From Catajapyx aquilonaris (lineage: Eukaryota), in contig KZ538686.1 in NCBI GenBank assembly GCA_000934665.2, positions 1-53,844 on the forward strand: 53,844 nucleotides of DNA, written 5' to 3'. The notes beneath the pieces were generated by a model that made no database searches, was not told the DNA's origin, and saw only the letters and a program-made list of their open reading frames with translations. Position numbers and translations under genes: made by a program. Shown here one piece after another: positions 13,000 to 24,220 of this stretch. Positions within the stretch are counted from its first letter, which is position 1; every line of letters begins with the position of its first letter.

Positions 13000-13300
13000 G
13001 GACATGATTATTCAAGACTCCGCCCCCCTGTAGCAGACCACCAAATTAAAACTCCACCATTTTGTTCCTGCCTTCGCCAAACTTTTTCTCAAGCCCATTA
13101 TAAAATTTGCGATACAAAAATTCGGTAATGATTATTACACGCATGGTTTTAAATCTAAAAATATTTTAAAATGTAGTAATTTTTTTTTTTTTTTTTTTTG
13201 TAATCTCGTGCGCAGCCCTGGTGGCAGTGTCGCCACTTCCGGTTGCCATCCATTCCTGTCGGATATCGGACGTAGAAGGAGCACGCTCCGTGTCGTAAGT
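13000..13300. promoter_or_regulatory. Probable bidirectional promoter: RpL10 non-coding first exon (+; donor GTAAGT near 13295, acceptor TTTCAG ending 13415) and a divergent transcript (-)
   Basis: CpG-rich island; ETS/GABP-type CACTTCCGGT near 13234 followed by a pyrimidine-rich start region (CATCCATTCCTGTC). On the minus strand there is a CAAAATGG motif near 13060 and a donor (AG/GTAATG) near 12895. Confidence 0.6.
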
Positions 13301-13422
13301 GCTGTGTTGGAAATCTTTCTGCATCGGGGTCCTGTACCTGCTCCCTGATTGCATTATCTGTTGCAAAGTGTTCCTGGGCTGTGTCTTGATCCTAACACGT
13401 ATCGTTCCGTTTCAGATCTGAG

Positions 13423-15772
13423 ATGGGGCGGCGACCGGCGAGATGGTAAGTACTGAACTTCGGTGCGGTGATTTTTAGGCCTTATGTGTAGCCATGCTCG
13501 GTGCCGGTTTAGCCCTGAAGCCTCTGTAGTTTAGTGGCAGAACACACGCTTGTGGACCTGGGTTCGATTCCCGGCGGAGGCATTTGGGTAATAACTTGCA
13601 CAGGAGTATGGGTATGGTGAGAGATAAGTAATTGCACCACGGAAGGTAGGATGGTCAACCAAGGGTCTACAGTGGTGGTCAGAGTGCGAATTTTTTTACT
13701 TGTTATGATGCTGATGTGGCTGAACTGGGCAGTGGTCGGATTTCATTGAAAAGTGCTGACTAAATAGGTGTTATGAATAGGCTGAGATTACTGGAGCGAA
13801 TTTGAGACTTAGCATGAGCAAAGAAGCCATGGATCAATGGGGTTTGAGAAATAGCTTCTAACGAGCTTGGGAATGCACCTTAATGGTGCGTTTACATGTG
13901 AACGATGTCATCGCCAGCGGTAACATCACTGCATAACCAAAGTAACCAGTATTGCTTGAAAGCCGGTATCCACGTAAGAGTTTCTCTTGTAAGAGGAGCC
14001 AACTGTGCATGCCTGCGTAAGGCCCGCCCAGGGCTTGCGAGACGTCTCAGAAATTTCTAGCCATCCCAACGAGACTGGCGAGATGGCGCCCGTTGACACG
14101 CAGCTGCAGTCTGCGCAGGGTATTCTGCAGATCATGGTTATTGTAGAACTGGTGGATAGGACTATTGGGAAGGGAGGGGAGAGACAGGGACAGACACATT
14201 CCTTGTGGTTCCGGCTTGGGGGTCTGCTGCTATCTCTGACCCGATTGGCTCTCCGGAGTCACGTGGTGTGACGTCAATGCGAGGATCAGAGGAAAAGTAG
14301 AAAATTTTCAACTTAACTCTGAGCCCCTTGCGAGGACGCCAGAGGGGGTGAGAGGCGATATAGATTCCGTCTCAATGTACAAGATGTCTCGCACAAGAGG
14401 ACTCACACAAGAGGACTCTTATAAGAGAAACTCTTGCGTGGATACAGGCTTTGAGGCGAAAATCAATAGTTACTTTCACCTCAAACAATTGGATTCATCA
14501 CTCAGCGATGACATCACGCGATCAAATTGCTCGTATGTAAACGCACCTTCAGGCTGGGTTGCACCACTTGCTGTGTATCAGAATCATAGGTTCCTGCGAG
14601 TTGTTCGCAATAAACAGCTATTCATAATGAATCTTATGCTCAAGCTACTGGCTCATAGTTTCTGACATTGGGGAGGAACATTACACCAGATCTTTTGGCT
14701 CTGGGCAGAAAAGGGTGTGCCAGCCTGCCTGAACATGTAAATATTAAAGCAAAGAACAACCCAGCCAAGGGAAGGTAATGGGTAGGAATCCTGGATATCC
14801 TGCTTGGCTGAACAGTGGCCTGAACACTATATTCAAACTAGGTCAAAATGGCATTGGCACTCTCGGTTGCTTTGAATGGATGGTTTTGACTGCTGACTGC
14901 ACTTTTTTCTCCCTCCCAGCTATCGCTACTGCAAGAACAAGCCATACCCGAAGTCACGTTTCTGCCGTGGAGTGCCTGACTCCAAGATTCGAATCTTTGA
15001 CTTGGGAAAGAAAAAAGCAAAGGTTGATGATTTCCCGCTGTGCGTCCATCTGGTGTCAGATGAGTATGAGCAGCTCTCCTCGGAAGCTCTGGAGGCGGCA
15101 CGTATCTGTGCCAACAAGGTGAGTGTGCGTGCACTTGTGTGTGAAAACTGTAGCTAACCACGTTGTTTGCAGTACATGGTGAAGAGTTGCGGCAAGGACC
15201 AGTTCCATATCCGCATGCGGCTCCATCCCTTCCATGTGATTCGCATCAACAAGATGTTGTCGTGCGCTGGTGCTGATAGGCTGCAGACAGGGATGCGTGG
15301 AGCCTTTGGCAAGCCACAGGGAACCGTTGCTCGTGTGCACATCGGCCAGACCATCATGAGTGTGCGTTCTATTGACCGCCATAAGGCCGCTGTTGTTGAG
15401 GCTCTGCGCCGTGCCAAGTTCAAGTTCCCTGGGCGTCAGAAGGTAACAGCTTGAAATAAGTTATTTATTTGGTTGCCAACAGCCACTTTAATAATCTCAT
15501 CTAAGGGCTGATTTGTTGCCGATACTTGCAACAGTGAAATCAACTGTTATGAAACATTGAAACTTCTTTGAAGCATGAATTTGAATATTGCCTGTTTGCA
15601 GATCGTGGTGTCGAAGAGGTGGGGCTTCACTCGCTACAACCGTGATGTTTATGAGACGATGAAGGGTGATGGCCGTCTGCAGCCTGATGGTCTGAACGTG
15701 AAGTACCGAAGTGCCCATGGGCCTCTGGCTAACTGGAAGAAGTGGCAGATGCAGTTGGCAGGAATTGCATAA
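13423..15772 (+). CDS. RpL10: 60S ribosomal protein L10 (uL16/QM), 4 coding exons: 13423-13445, 14920-15118, 15173-15442, 15602-15772
   Basis: Spliced translation [37 protein letters not shown]...[23 protein letters not shown]...[24 protein letters not shown]...[17 protein letters not shown] is the canonical RPL10 sequence. All introns are GT-AG and in phase; AATAAA at 15810-15815. Confidence 0.98.
13520..13697 (+). pseudogene. tRNA-derived element (tRNA-His(GTG)-like head lacking the 3' anticodon stem, then ~110 nt and a T7 run) inside an RpL10 intron
   Basis: GCCTCTG...CGGAGGC-A acceptor stem, D arm GTTT-AGTGGCA-GAAC, T arm CTGGG-TTCGATT-CCCGG. CACGC-TT-GTG-GA is not followed by its complementary strand. 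Confidence 0.6.
13886..14548. mobile_element. PIF/Harbinger-type MITE with a second MITE nested at ~13960-14451
   Basis: Outer TIR GGTGCGTTTACAT...ATGTAAACGCACC; inner TIR AAGCCGGTATCCACGTAAGAGTTTCTCTT with TGA duplication; a shorter relative of the inner element lies at ~39579-39784. Confidence 0.75.
14685..14817 (+). ncRNA. Candidate intronic box H/ACA snoRNA
   Basis: H-box-like AGAACA at ~14753, hairpin closed by CAGCCAAG...CTTGGCTG, then ACA at 14812-14814; about 100 nt upstream of the 3' splice site of a ribosomal-protein intron. The 5' hairpin is only partly convincing. Confidence 0.35.
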
Positions 15773-16124
15773 AAGCTGGCTACAGCATTGCATAAATTCC
15801 CCACAGCACAATAAAGAGATCATGAGGAATTTCAGTTTTTTGATTAGTACTGGGATCTGGACATCTCATTTGTCATTCAAGGGACATGGGAAGGGTTGAA
15901 AGTAAGGTGTAGTTACAATGAAGTGGTTGAGGACCTGAAGATGTGATCATGGTAGTTTTAGCATGACTAGATCACTTTCCATTGTGGTCAAAGGTAGTCA
16001 TTGCATCATGTCTGCAACTCGTCGACCGTTGAGCAGCCAGTCTTCTACCGACTGATCGAGTAGTTCCAAGTCTGCAAGTAGGGAAGGTGATGGCAACCCA
16101 GCTGAGTATGGGAAATGTTACCAT

Positions 16125-16337
16125 GAGTGCGTTTACATGGGACTAAAAATCGGCCTAGCCTGTGCTAGGTGAACCGGTTTACTCCCATGTAGCCGCTGGG
16201 CCTGCGATAGACCGGCCTTATCCGATCCGTTGTCGGGCGCAGCCCAGGCCTTTTGGATCGGGTGGTCTACCTAAGGCGATGGCCTTGCTTAGGAAGCCTG
16301 GGTCAGGCCGATTTTTAGTCGCATGTAAATGTACTCT
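16125..16337. mobile_element. Harbinger-like MITE immediately upstream of the GGH start codon
   Basis: TIR GAGTGCGTTTACATGGGACTAAAAATCGGCCT...AGGCCGATTTTTAGTCGCATGTAAATGTACTC. Confidence 0.7.
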
Positions 16338-16448
16338 ATGATGTATTGCATAAGGTTTTTTTTGCCTCGGGTGAGACCAGTTTCAAAGGTCAGTGGTAGT
16401 AACGCCAAGAAAAATCACAGTAGTAGTGCTTGTCAAGTGGGTTTTGAT

Positions 16449-19400
16449 ATGGTCAAGATGTATTGGTTGGTTCTGCTGACTTTATGCTCTGTATGCAGGG
16501 AATCACTGGAGCTAAACAACCGCCCTATTATAGGTAAGTTGAGTTATAGTTAGTGCCTGGAAGCAAAGAATTGTAATGTTACAAAATTAGATGGCAGATA
16601 CACATGTAATGTATAGTTCAAATGTGGACAACTCATTGAGGATGTACGTACAGTGTTGGACATTAATCGAGGCATGCTGGTAGCGACATTTTCCGAATCG
16701 GCAGAAGAAGGAATTGAAGATAAGGATAGTGCAAGCCGGGTGAGCAAGATTATTCTTCTGCCGCTTCAGAAAATGACGCTAGCAGCATGCCTCGATTAAT
16801 GTCCAACACTGTACTACAGGTTGAGAATCCTTGATCCAAAATTCCAAGGTCCAAAAACCTCCAGAATTCAAAAGTTAATTTAATGCTGCTATGACATGCC
16901 ACATATGAGGTGAATTCGTTTATGGTTGAGTGTAGCAATAGTGTAGCTCCAGCGAGAGTTCTGCATTAGTTTATGATGAGGGCTGCTCTAAAGGGGCGGG
17001 GCTTGGTGTAGCACTGCATTCGTTTATCCCAGAGCAAGGGTCGGGTGTAGCGCGAGTGTAGCTCTGGCCTGCACGCTCGTTCGGGAGGGTGCAAGCGGTG
17101 TAGCAGTGGGTGTAGCTCCTCTTCCACTGACGTTTCACACACGTGACCAGGCTGCTCTAGAGCTACACTCCAGTGCTACACTCAGCCATGAACGAATTCA
17201 CCTATGGAAAATTCTATGTGAGTGTAACATGACTTAGCATCATTGCTTGTATCTATTATGCAAAATTATTAAGAATTTATATTGAGTACCTCCAAGGCTA
17301 ATGTAGGCCATAATGTTCCAAAAAGAAATATATATGGATATCTGTTTAGGCATTTATCCCCTCCCAAAACTGTCCCGTTTTATAGATGCAATTATACACG
17401 TATTCCCAAATTCGAAACACTCCTCGTCCCATGCATTTCGGAAAAAGGATTTTGAACCTGTAGTACCAATGTACCATAACCTCATTTGCGCAAGGTGTGA
17501 ATAATGCAGGCAATGGATATTGGGATACTTTTTAAGCTTAAATTCCTATTAACCCATTTGTTCCAAAGGTTTTTCTACTGATGATATTTTCATTATATTT
17601 GCAAGGCAGGGCGACACGGTGGTGTAGTGGTTAACGCCACAGCCTTCCACCTCTGAGGTCCCGAGTTCAATCCCCGGATCGGACAGAGGATACTTATGTG
17701 GATAGAGGTTCGATGGGTTCTCTCCGTGTACGGGTGGGTTTTCTCAGGGTTCTCCCGTTTCCTCCCACTTAAAAATCCATCACATTACAGGCAAGTGATT
17801 AAAATCTGTGAATTAAAAGATGATCCCCTAAAAGGCCCAAGGAGGCCTATCACAGTGGTATCCATTATTTTTATTTTATTTGCAAGGCATGATTTAAAAG
17901 GCCAAAAATAAGACATAAGCACTGAAATGTGATGTATCTGCATCCTCCCACTAGAGGAAGCTTTCCTGAAGTGGTTCAGTTTCCTTTCTTTGTCATTAAT
18001 ATGCACAACTACAAGAAATGTACAGTGTTTCCGCAAAACATTATAGGTACCATGTTGGATGAAATAGACCTTCAGTGTGCATTTGGTTGTATGTACTGTA
18101 CTCTACCTTGTTCGTGTTACTGGTGAAGTTATGGATGGTGAGCAGGCAAGCCTACAAAAGCAGTGGCGGCCAATAGTGAGGCACAGAACGAGTCTTATTC
18201 ATCCCCAGCTGTGGATCTAAAAAACTCTCTCCTGAAAAATTTGTGAATCGGTACTTACAACGTTTCGCGGAAACACTATTTCCCCCCCTGCCCATCCTAT
18301 ATAGAGGACATTGGGAACAAATGGGTTAATATTGTGAAAAGGTTCCACATTTCAATTAATGTAGTTTAAAAAGCTGACATGAGAGTGTCATGATAATTGA
18401 AGTAGTTGGGACTTCTCACTCTCCTGCAAAATTAGAATGTGACATTCAATTCCTACAATGATGAATGTCTGTGTGCATATAATAATTGCTTACGCACAAC
18501 CTAGAACAGGGATATTCACCTGGCGGACCACGGTCTGGATCCGGACCGCGACGCAATTTTGTCCGAACCGCGACAATATACAGGACAGTTTGAAATAGCA
18601 TGATAAATTACTAATTCATGATTTTTTTTTTTGAAAAAGTGCTACCAATTTCATCAAATACGCACCTATTCAAATCTCCCACATCTCACCCCGCCCTTTA
18701 CGGCTTGTTCACCTTGTGCTTACGAAATGGGCCCCCCTCCGAAATTCTTTTGCCTACGCCCCTGTACAGGACATCATAACGGGGGAAAATGTCTTAATAT
18801 CCCCTGTCTTGATAGGCCCTTCTACCCTTGCTGCACATGTTCATATTTTCGAATATGAACCCTGTGGTCCGGACCTTCAATGCCCCAGGAAAGGTAAATA
18901 CTGGACCTTGTCAGAAACTAGTTGGATACCCCTGACCTAGAATCTTATGAGAACATATTCAAATATGATTTTTAAAATAGCTCCGTGAAGTGTAAGGATC
19001 TTCATGGTGGTGTCCCCTCACACACGTCATAACATTGCAATACTTCCATAATACAGTATGTCAGTATCAACATGCTTTCAAAAAATCCCATCTGGCTTGT
19101 CATTTTGAACCATGACATCTTTGACTTCCAGTACCTAGTACTTCGGTGAGATACGAATAAGACTCGAGCTGGGGTGAGGGACTGGACATTCAAGTTATTT
19201 TGGGGCTGTTTATATACAGAAGGGGAGGGCGCCACGCGCCTGCTCCAGGACAAGGGAAGATCCTGTTGTGGCCTGAAAGTGTTGAAGGGTATATCCTGGT
19301 TGCGGCTTAAGCTGCCACCGGATTGTCTGGGGGGAATGTGGGTTCCGCCATACTACATTATAGGAGGTGCATCCAGAAAGTAAGTTCCATATTTTTATTA

Positions 19401-22400
19401 GAAAAACTACAGAATTAACATTATGCACATCTGGAAGGTTCAACTGCCTACTTTTTTCAACATTGTTTCCAGCCAAATCTAGTAGGCATTTGTCATAGAG
19501 TTACATAGTATTTTGTATGCGTACGTCATAGGAGTTTGCCGCCAGCCATTCCCTTGCTGGACTGCAACTCCTCATCATTGTCAAACCTCTGATTTGCATG
19601 CCATTTCTTCTTGCCCATGAACAGGTGGTACTCACTAGGCTCTAAATCCCTGCTCTAAGAAGGGTGATCGAACAATTCTCATTTGAATTATTGCGGCAGG
19701 GTTCCAGTGCGCAAGGGAGTAAGCAGGCAGGCATTGTCGTGCAAGAAACACACTTCGGAATTCAACATGCCGTGGAATTTGTTCAACCCAAAGGTTTACT
19801 GTGAGGCATTGCAAAGGTTAAGGTTAATTCAAAAGAAACGAAGTGGCATGTTGAATTCTGGGTCTTTTTCTTGCGTGACAATGCCTGCCCGCATACTGCC
19901 TTTCACAATGAAACCCTGCCGCAACACTAATTCAAGTGAGAATTGTTCGAACACTCTCCCTAGATCAGCGATTTAGAGCCTAGCTATTACCACCTGTCAA
20001 TGGACACAAAGAAATGGCATGCAAATCAGAGGTTTGACAATGACCAGGAGTTGCAGTCCAGCGGGGAATGGCTGGTGGTAAACTCCTATGACGTATGCAT
20101 ACAAAATCTTAATGAAGATTTTTGTGAATGGTGTAACATGAAGGAACCACTGACAGCATAATATCACTTAATTTACGAATGCAGATACTTTTCGACCCCG
20201 AGAACCAACCACCTATACAATCTTCCCAGCTATCCACCCTCACATTACCATCTGCTTTACCATGACATCACAAAAAAACACATTTTTGCCCTATATAAGT
20301 TCTTTCAGAATGTTAACAAACGAATTAAATTTTCTGCATACTTAAACCATTTTTGTAGCCCCGTAAAAGTAACTCATAATTATGAGATGTTCCCCAATAT
20401 TCAAATTTCCTGTCCTCTTTTCTTCTTTTCTTTTATTTTTTCTTCTTTTTCTCTTTTTTTACTACAAAGTGAACAAAAGGCCAGTGTTGTTAATGAATAA
20501 ACTAAGAATGAAATAGAGATATAAGGAATTTTGTAATTTTGTAATATGGAAACTGGAAATGTGTCCCCCCCCGAAACAGGGCTACAGCTCTGAGCAAGGG
20601 GTAATTAAAAAAATTAATTAAAAAATGCATACAAAATCTTATGTAATGCTGACAAATGCCTAGATTTGGCTGAAAACTATAGATTGAAAAAAAGCAAACA
20701 GTTGAACCTTTCAGTTGTGTGTAATATTAATTCTGGGGGTGCTTTGTAGTTTTTCTAATTAAAAAACAGAACTTACTTTCTGGATGAGCCTTGTATTAAT
20801 GGAAAGCCTCCCCTGCATGATTTAATCAAGAGTAATTGTAAAATTATTCATTATTTTCTTAGGAGTCCTAAGTCAAGAGCTGACTGTGAGTCTCCAAAAG
20901 TACTATGCGAACTACACTAGTTACATTGCTGCATCTTATGTGAAGATATTGGAAGGAGCTGGGGCTCGAGTAGCCCCTATTTTGTAAGTTAATTACAGTA
21001 TGACCTGCAAGAATCAGATCAATGACCATTTATGAATATTTGTATTTATATGTCAATACCATTGCAAATTGCCAGTCATGGTAGTTTTCTTCTGATTACT
21101 CCCCTCACTAGCCAATCATAAGTTCATGTCTTGGGTGAGGGTTCATTTAATTATTTTTTTGCAGCATCAATCAGAAGGCCAGTTACTACCAGAACCTGTT
21201 TGCATCAATTAATGGGTTGGTATTTTAATAACACAGTCGACTCTGGATATAAGACATTTCACGGGACAGGGGAAATTGGTATCCTATAACCCAGATTTCC
21301 TATATCTAAATACGCAGTTCATATATGGAAGTATGCCAGGACCAGCGTTTCAAGCTGGCTATAACCGAGATTCTTATATCTGGAGTAAGCTGTAATAATA
21401 ATGTATCACTGATGTTGCTATCTTAAACAACAGAATACTGTTTCCTGGCGGAGCTGTCTGGCTGGATGATTCTGGGTTTGGGCATGCAGGAAAAGTGCTC
21501 TATGATCTAGCAGTAAAGGCCAATCAGAATGGATATTACTTTCCACTGTGGGGAACATGTCTGGGATTTGAGCTCATCTCTTACCTAGAAGCAGGTGGCA
21601 AAGAGCATCGTTGTTGGTGTAATTCCTGGAATCAAGCAAAGCCCCTGAAGCTAGAGGAAGGTATGACTATCATGAGAATGGATTTGTATTCTGCAAAATG
21701 ATCCAACTCCACTGGAAAATCCTGCCATTTGAATACGTCATACGCCAAGAGGAAAGTAAATAATACGGTCATATAATTTTGTTTTTGGGCAGACTTGTTA
21801 ATTTTGCTGGTTGTTACTCAAATTATTCACACCATGACAATACAGGTTAAACGTTAATGTGTGGGTTTTGTAAGGGATCTTGTTTACAGAAAAAGCCACC
21901 AACTCTTCTGCCAATAATTACTAAGGTTGCCCTTGTTGACTGTTGAAGCACTGATACAGGAATGGAAGGTTGGATTAACAAATCACATGTGAAGTTAGAG
22001 GTGGAGTGAACCATGAATAGACTCGAAGGACCAGTTGTGTTAATGCCAATTAAGGCAGGAAATCTAATATGTTGTCTAATTTCACATTGTGAACACCTAC
22101 ACTGTAAACCACAAAACATTAAAAGAGCATCACTGGTGAGTCTCCCATGGAACATCAATTTTTAATGCTCTTGTGATATTTTTTGTTGCTAAAAAGCATC
22201 ACAAGAGCATTAAAAATTGATGTTCCATAGGAGACTCACCAGTGATGCTCTTTTTAACTCCTTCACTACCAGATAGGCCCAACCACATAGATTTTGGCTT
22301 AAGCGTACTCCGGAGATATGTACAAGATATTTTACAAATCATAACAGCTATACCTACCACATTCAGGGAAAACACTATGAATGTGTCTGGAACGATTTTA

Positions 22401-23416
22401 CTAGTCTAGAAGTCCCTAAATTAATTTCCAATGAAAGGCTGTAAAAACTGGAAATCGGAGTACTGCTGACCAACTGCTAGGCTGATTTAATTATGAAATG
22501 CGTGATAATATGCAGAATAACAACCTTGAGAACCATGCCATATGAATGTTTTGATCGTCGCACTTTGCAAGAAATAAATTAATACTTATTTGCGGCTTTC
22601 TGGCACTTCATGAGAAGCAAATAAATTTTGGAGTTTTCCGAACTGCCAGAAAGCAGCACATAATTATTAATTTATTTCTTGCAAAGTACAACGATCAAAG
22701 CAAATTCGTCGGCGAGATATAACTTGGGTTCTGTCACTGAACCACAGGGAATTGTGAGATTATAACAGCCTCCACACAACTTATTATTTTTGTTTTCAAC
22801 CAGGAGCACTGAGGAGCAGAATGTTGGAACCAATGCCTTCATATCTTTTGGCTTCACTTGTCAATAAACCTGTCACAGTTAATTTCCATCACAAGTGCAT
22901 CACCAAGAAAGTAAGAGTACCACATTAACTACTACACATATTTTTTGTGCCATTTAATATGCGAACTTCCTCTTCAGAACTTCACTGACTTTGGTCTTGA
23001 CAAGAAGCTGCGGATCCTTTCCACCAACAAAGACTCCAATGGCCTTGAATTCATATCTGCTTATGAATCAATTGATATGCCCTTTTATGGAGTACAGTTT
23101 CACCCTGAAAAGAACATATATGAATGGAACACCAAGGAGGACAACCTTCCACACTTCAGTGAAGCGATTGCTGTGTCACAGTATTTTGCAGCTTTTTATG
23201 TAAATGAAGGTACTGTCTTTATGTCTTTATTCCCATTGGTTGTGTGACATTATAATGATTATGACAAGACCTTTTCATGCCATTATAGCAAGGAAGAATA
23301 ATCATACATTCCTGACACCCAAACAGGAGGCACAGGCACTAATTGATAATTATCCCACCACCTACACAGCTCTTAAAGGCATTACTTTTGATGAGTGTTA
23401 CCTATTCAAACAGTGA
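16449..23416 (+). CDS. GGH: Gamma-glutamyl hydrolase (peptidase C26), exons 16449-16533, 20863-20983, 21165-21215, 21434-21660, 22804-22910, 22978-23209, 23289-23416
   Basis: Signal peptide followed by NNRPIIGVLSQE, SYIAASYVK, INGILFPGG, catalytic FPLWGTCLGFEL, VNFHHKCIT and PFYGVQFHPEKN motifs; all introns GT-AG and in frame; AATAAA at 23441-23446. Confidence 0.95.
16648..17462. mobile_element. Cluster of MITEs: hairpin 16648-16814, mariner-type MITE ~16817-17460 with a nested element ~16908-17203
   Basis: GTACAGTGTTGGACATTAATCGAGGCATGCT inverted pair; CAGGTTGAGAATCC...GGATTTTGAACCTG; AGGTGAATTCGTT...AACGAATTCACCT. Confidence 0.7.
17553..18325. mobile_element. piggyBac-like TTAA MITE
   Basis: TTAA-CCCATTTGTTCC...GGAACAAATGGG-TTAA. 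Confidence 0.75.
17609..17876 (+). mobile_element. Full-length tRNA-derived SINE nested in the TTAA MITE
   Basis: A box TGGTGTAGTGG, B box GAGTTCAATCC, central GGTTTTCTCAGGGTTCTCCCGTTTCCTCCCAC, TTTTA tail, TSD TATTTGCAAGGCA. Confidence 0.85.
18507..18934. mobile_element. hAT-type MITE
   Basis: CAGGGATATTCA...TGGATACCCCTG termini with 8-bp TSD ACCTAGAA. Confidence 0.75.
19363..20793. mobile_element. Rearranged mariner relic (both ends derived from the 3' end) with a nested 5'-truncated retro-insertion at 20112-20624
   Basis: TA-flanked TIRs containing GCATCCAGAAAGTAAGTT; decayed transposase (VYCEALQRLR..QKKRSGML, DNA.PH, YHL); ~19363-19690 is an inverted copy of the right end; the nested insert has a 17-bp TSD ATGCATACAAAATCTTA and an A-rich tail. 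Confidence 0.8.
21234..21393. mobile_element. Small Tc1/pogo-type MITE in a GGH intron
   Basis: CAGTCGACTCTGGATATAAGA...TCTTATATCTGGAGTAAGCTG. Confidence 0.6.
22121..22253. repeat. Near-perfect ~130-bp palindrome
   Basis: AAAAGAGCATCACTGGTGAGTCTCC..TGGAACATCAATTTTTAATGCTCTTGTGAT and its reverse complement around a short loop. Confidence 0.85.
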
Positions 23417-24220
23417 CTGATGTACATCATCTGCTAAAAAAATAAACATCTCATGTAAAGATACGTGCTTCTTCCTCTGCATGACATATGCCATGAATTT
23501 TAGAAACTACCATACAAGCCTGTGGATATTTACACAGTCAGGTGCAAATGTGGGGAACTATGTGGAACTAGGGGGAGACCAAGTTCCTGGGGACGGGCTT
23601 TTGAAACTACAGCATATGCACTGTGGGAGTGGGAATGTCACCCACTCATCCAGTTTCTAGCAGGCTGAAATTTTTCAGAAGCTTGTCATTCGTAACTTGG
23701 TTTCCCCCTAGTTCTACCTAGTTCCCCATGTTTGTGCCTGACCTAAGGATGCTACAAGACCATTTCCCATCAAACAACATGAGGAGTAACTGATTACTTT
23801 GTACCTTGCCAAAGTTGATATTACTGTTTAAGAGTATCAAACATAGGTATGTGTTACATAAATAACCCGTAAATATGAATAACCAGCACTTGAGTATTTT
23901 ACAGCATTATGTTAGTACCTATTTTTGATGCTTCTCTAATCACACTGCTGTGTACAATTCTAGGACATCATAAGACTTATTAATCTGAAGGCAACAGCTC
24001 TTCCACTTTCTTGTTACATTAGTATATTGTCATAATTCAGTGTGATGCAGAACATGTTCCTGAATTGCATTCCCCTACTGGTGTCTCCATTCTGACATGG
24101 TATAATGGGTCTACCAAGCGAGCTACTTTACTCATCTTCTTTCTTTCTCCCTATCTTCTTATAGACAGGTAGCCTTACAATTAGTTCCTTGAGCTTCCCA
24201 CAAAATCAATCAATGAACTT

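Larger units (their letters stand above)
5585..13060 (-). other. Putative 5' portion of an unidentified divergent gene or lncRNA (candidate non-coding exons ~13060-12895, 5704-5585, and an acceptor at ~5192)
   Basis: Strong minus-strand splice signals (TTTACAG/GTCACTG...TGTCAG/GTAAG at 5704-5585; TTTGCAG/GTGACT at 5192) but no recognisable protein. Confidence 0.3.

Noticed and set aside
13700..13790. Possible box C/D snoRNA (ATGATGC...CTGA)
   Set aside because: Imperfect C box, no terminal stem and no recognisable rRNA complement.
17609..17685. Possible functional tRNA gene
   Set aside because: Continues into a SINE body and tail and is bounded by a TSD; the acceptor stem does not close.
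23414..23437. Stop-codon readthrough at GGH TGA-CTG
   Set aside because: The extension is only 6 codons with no targeting motif; the context alone is not evidence.
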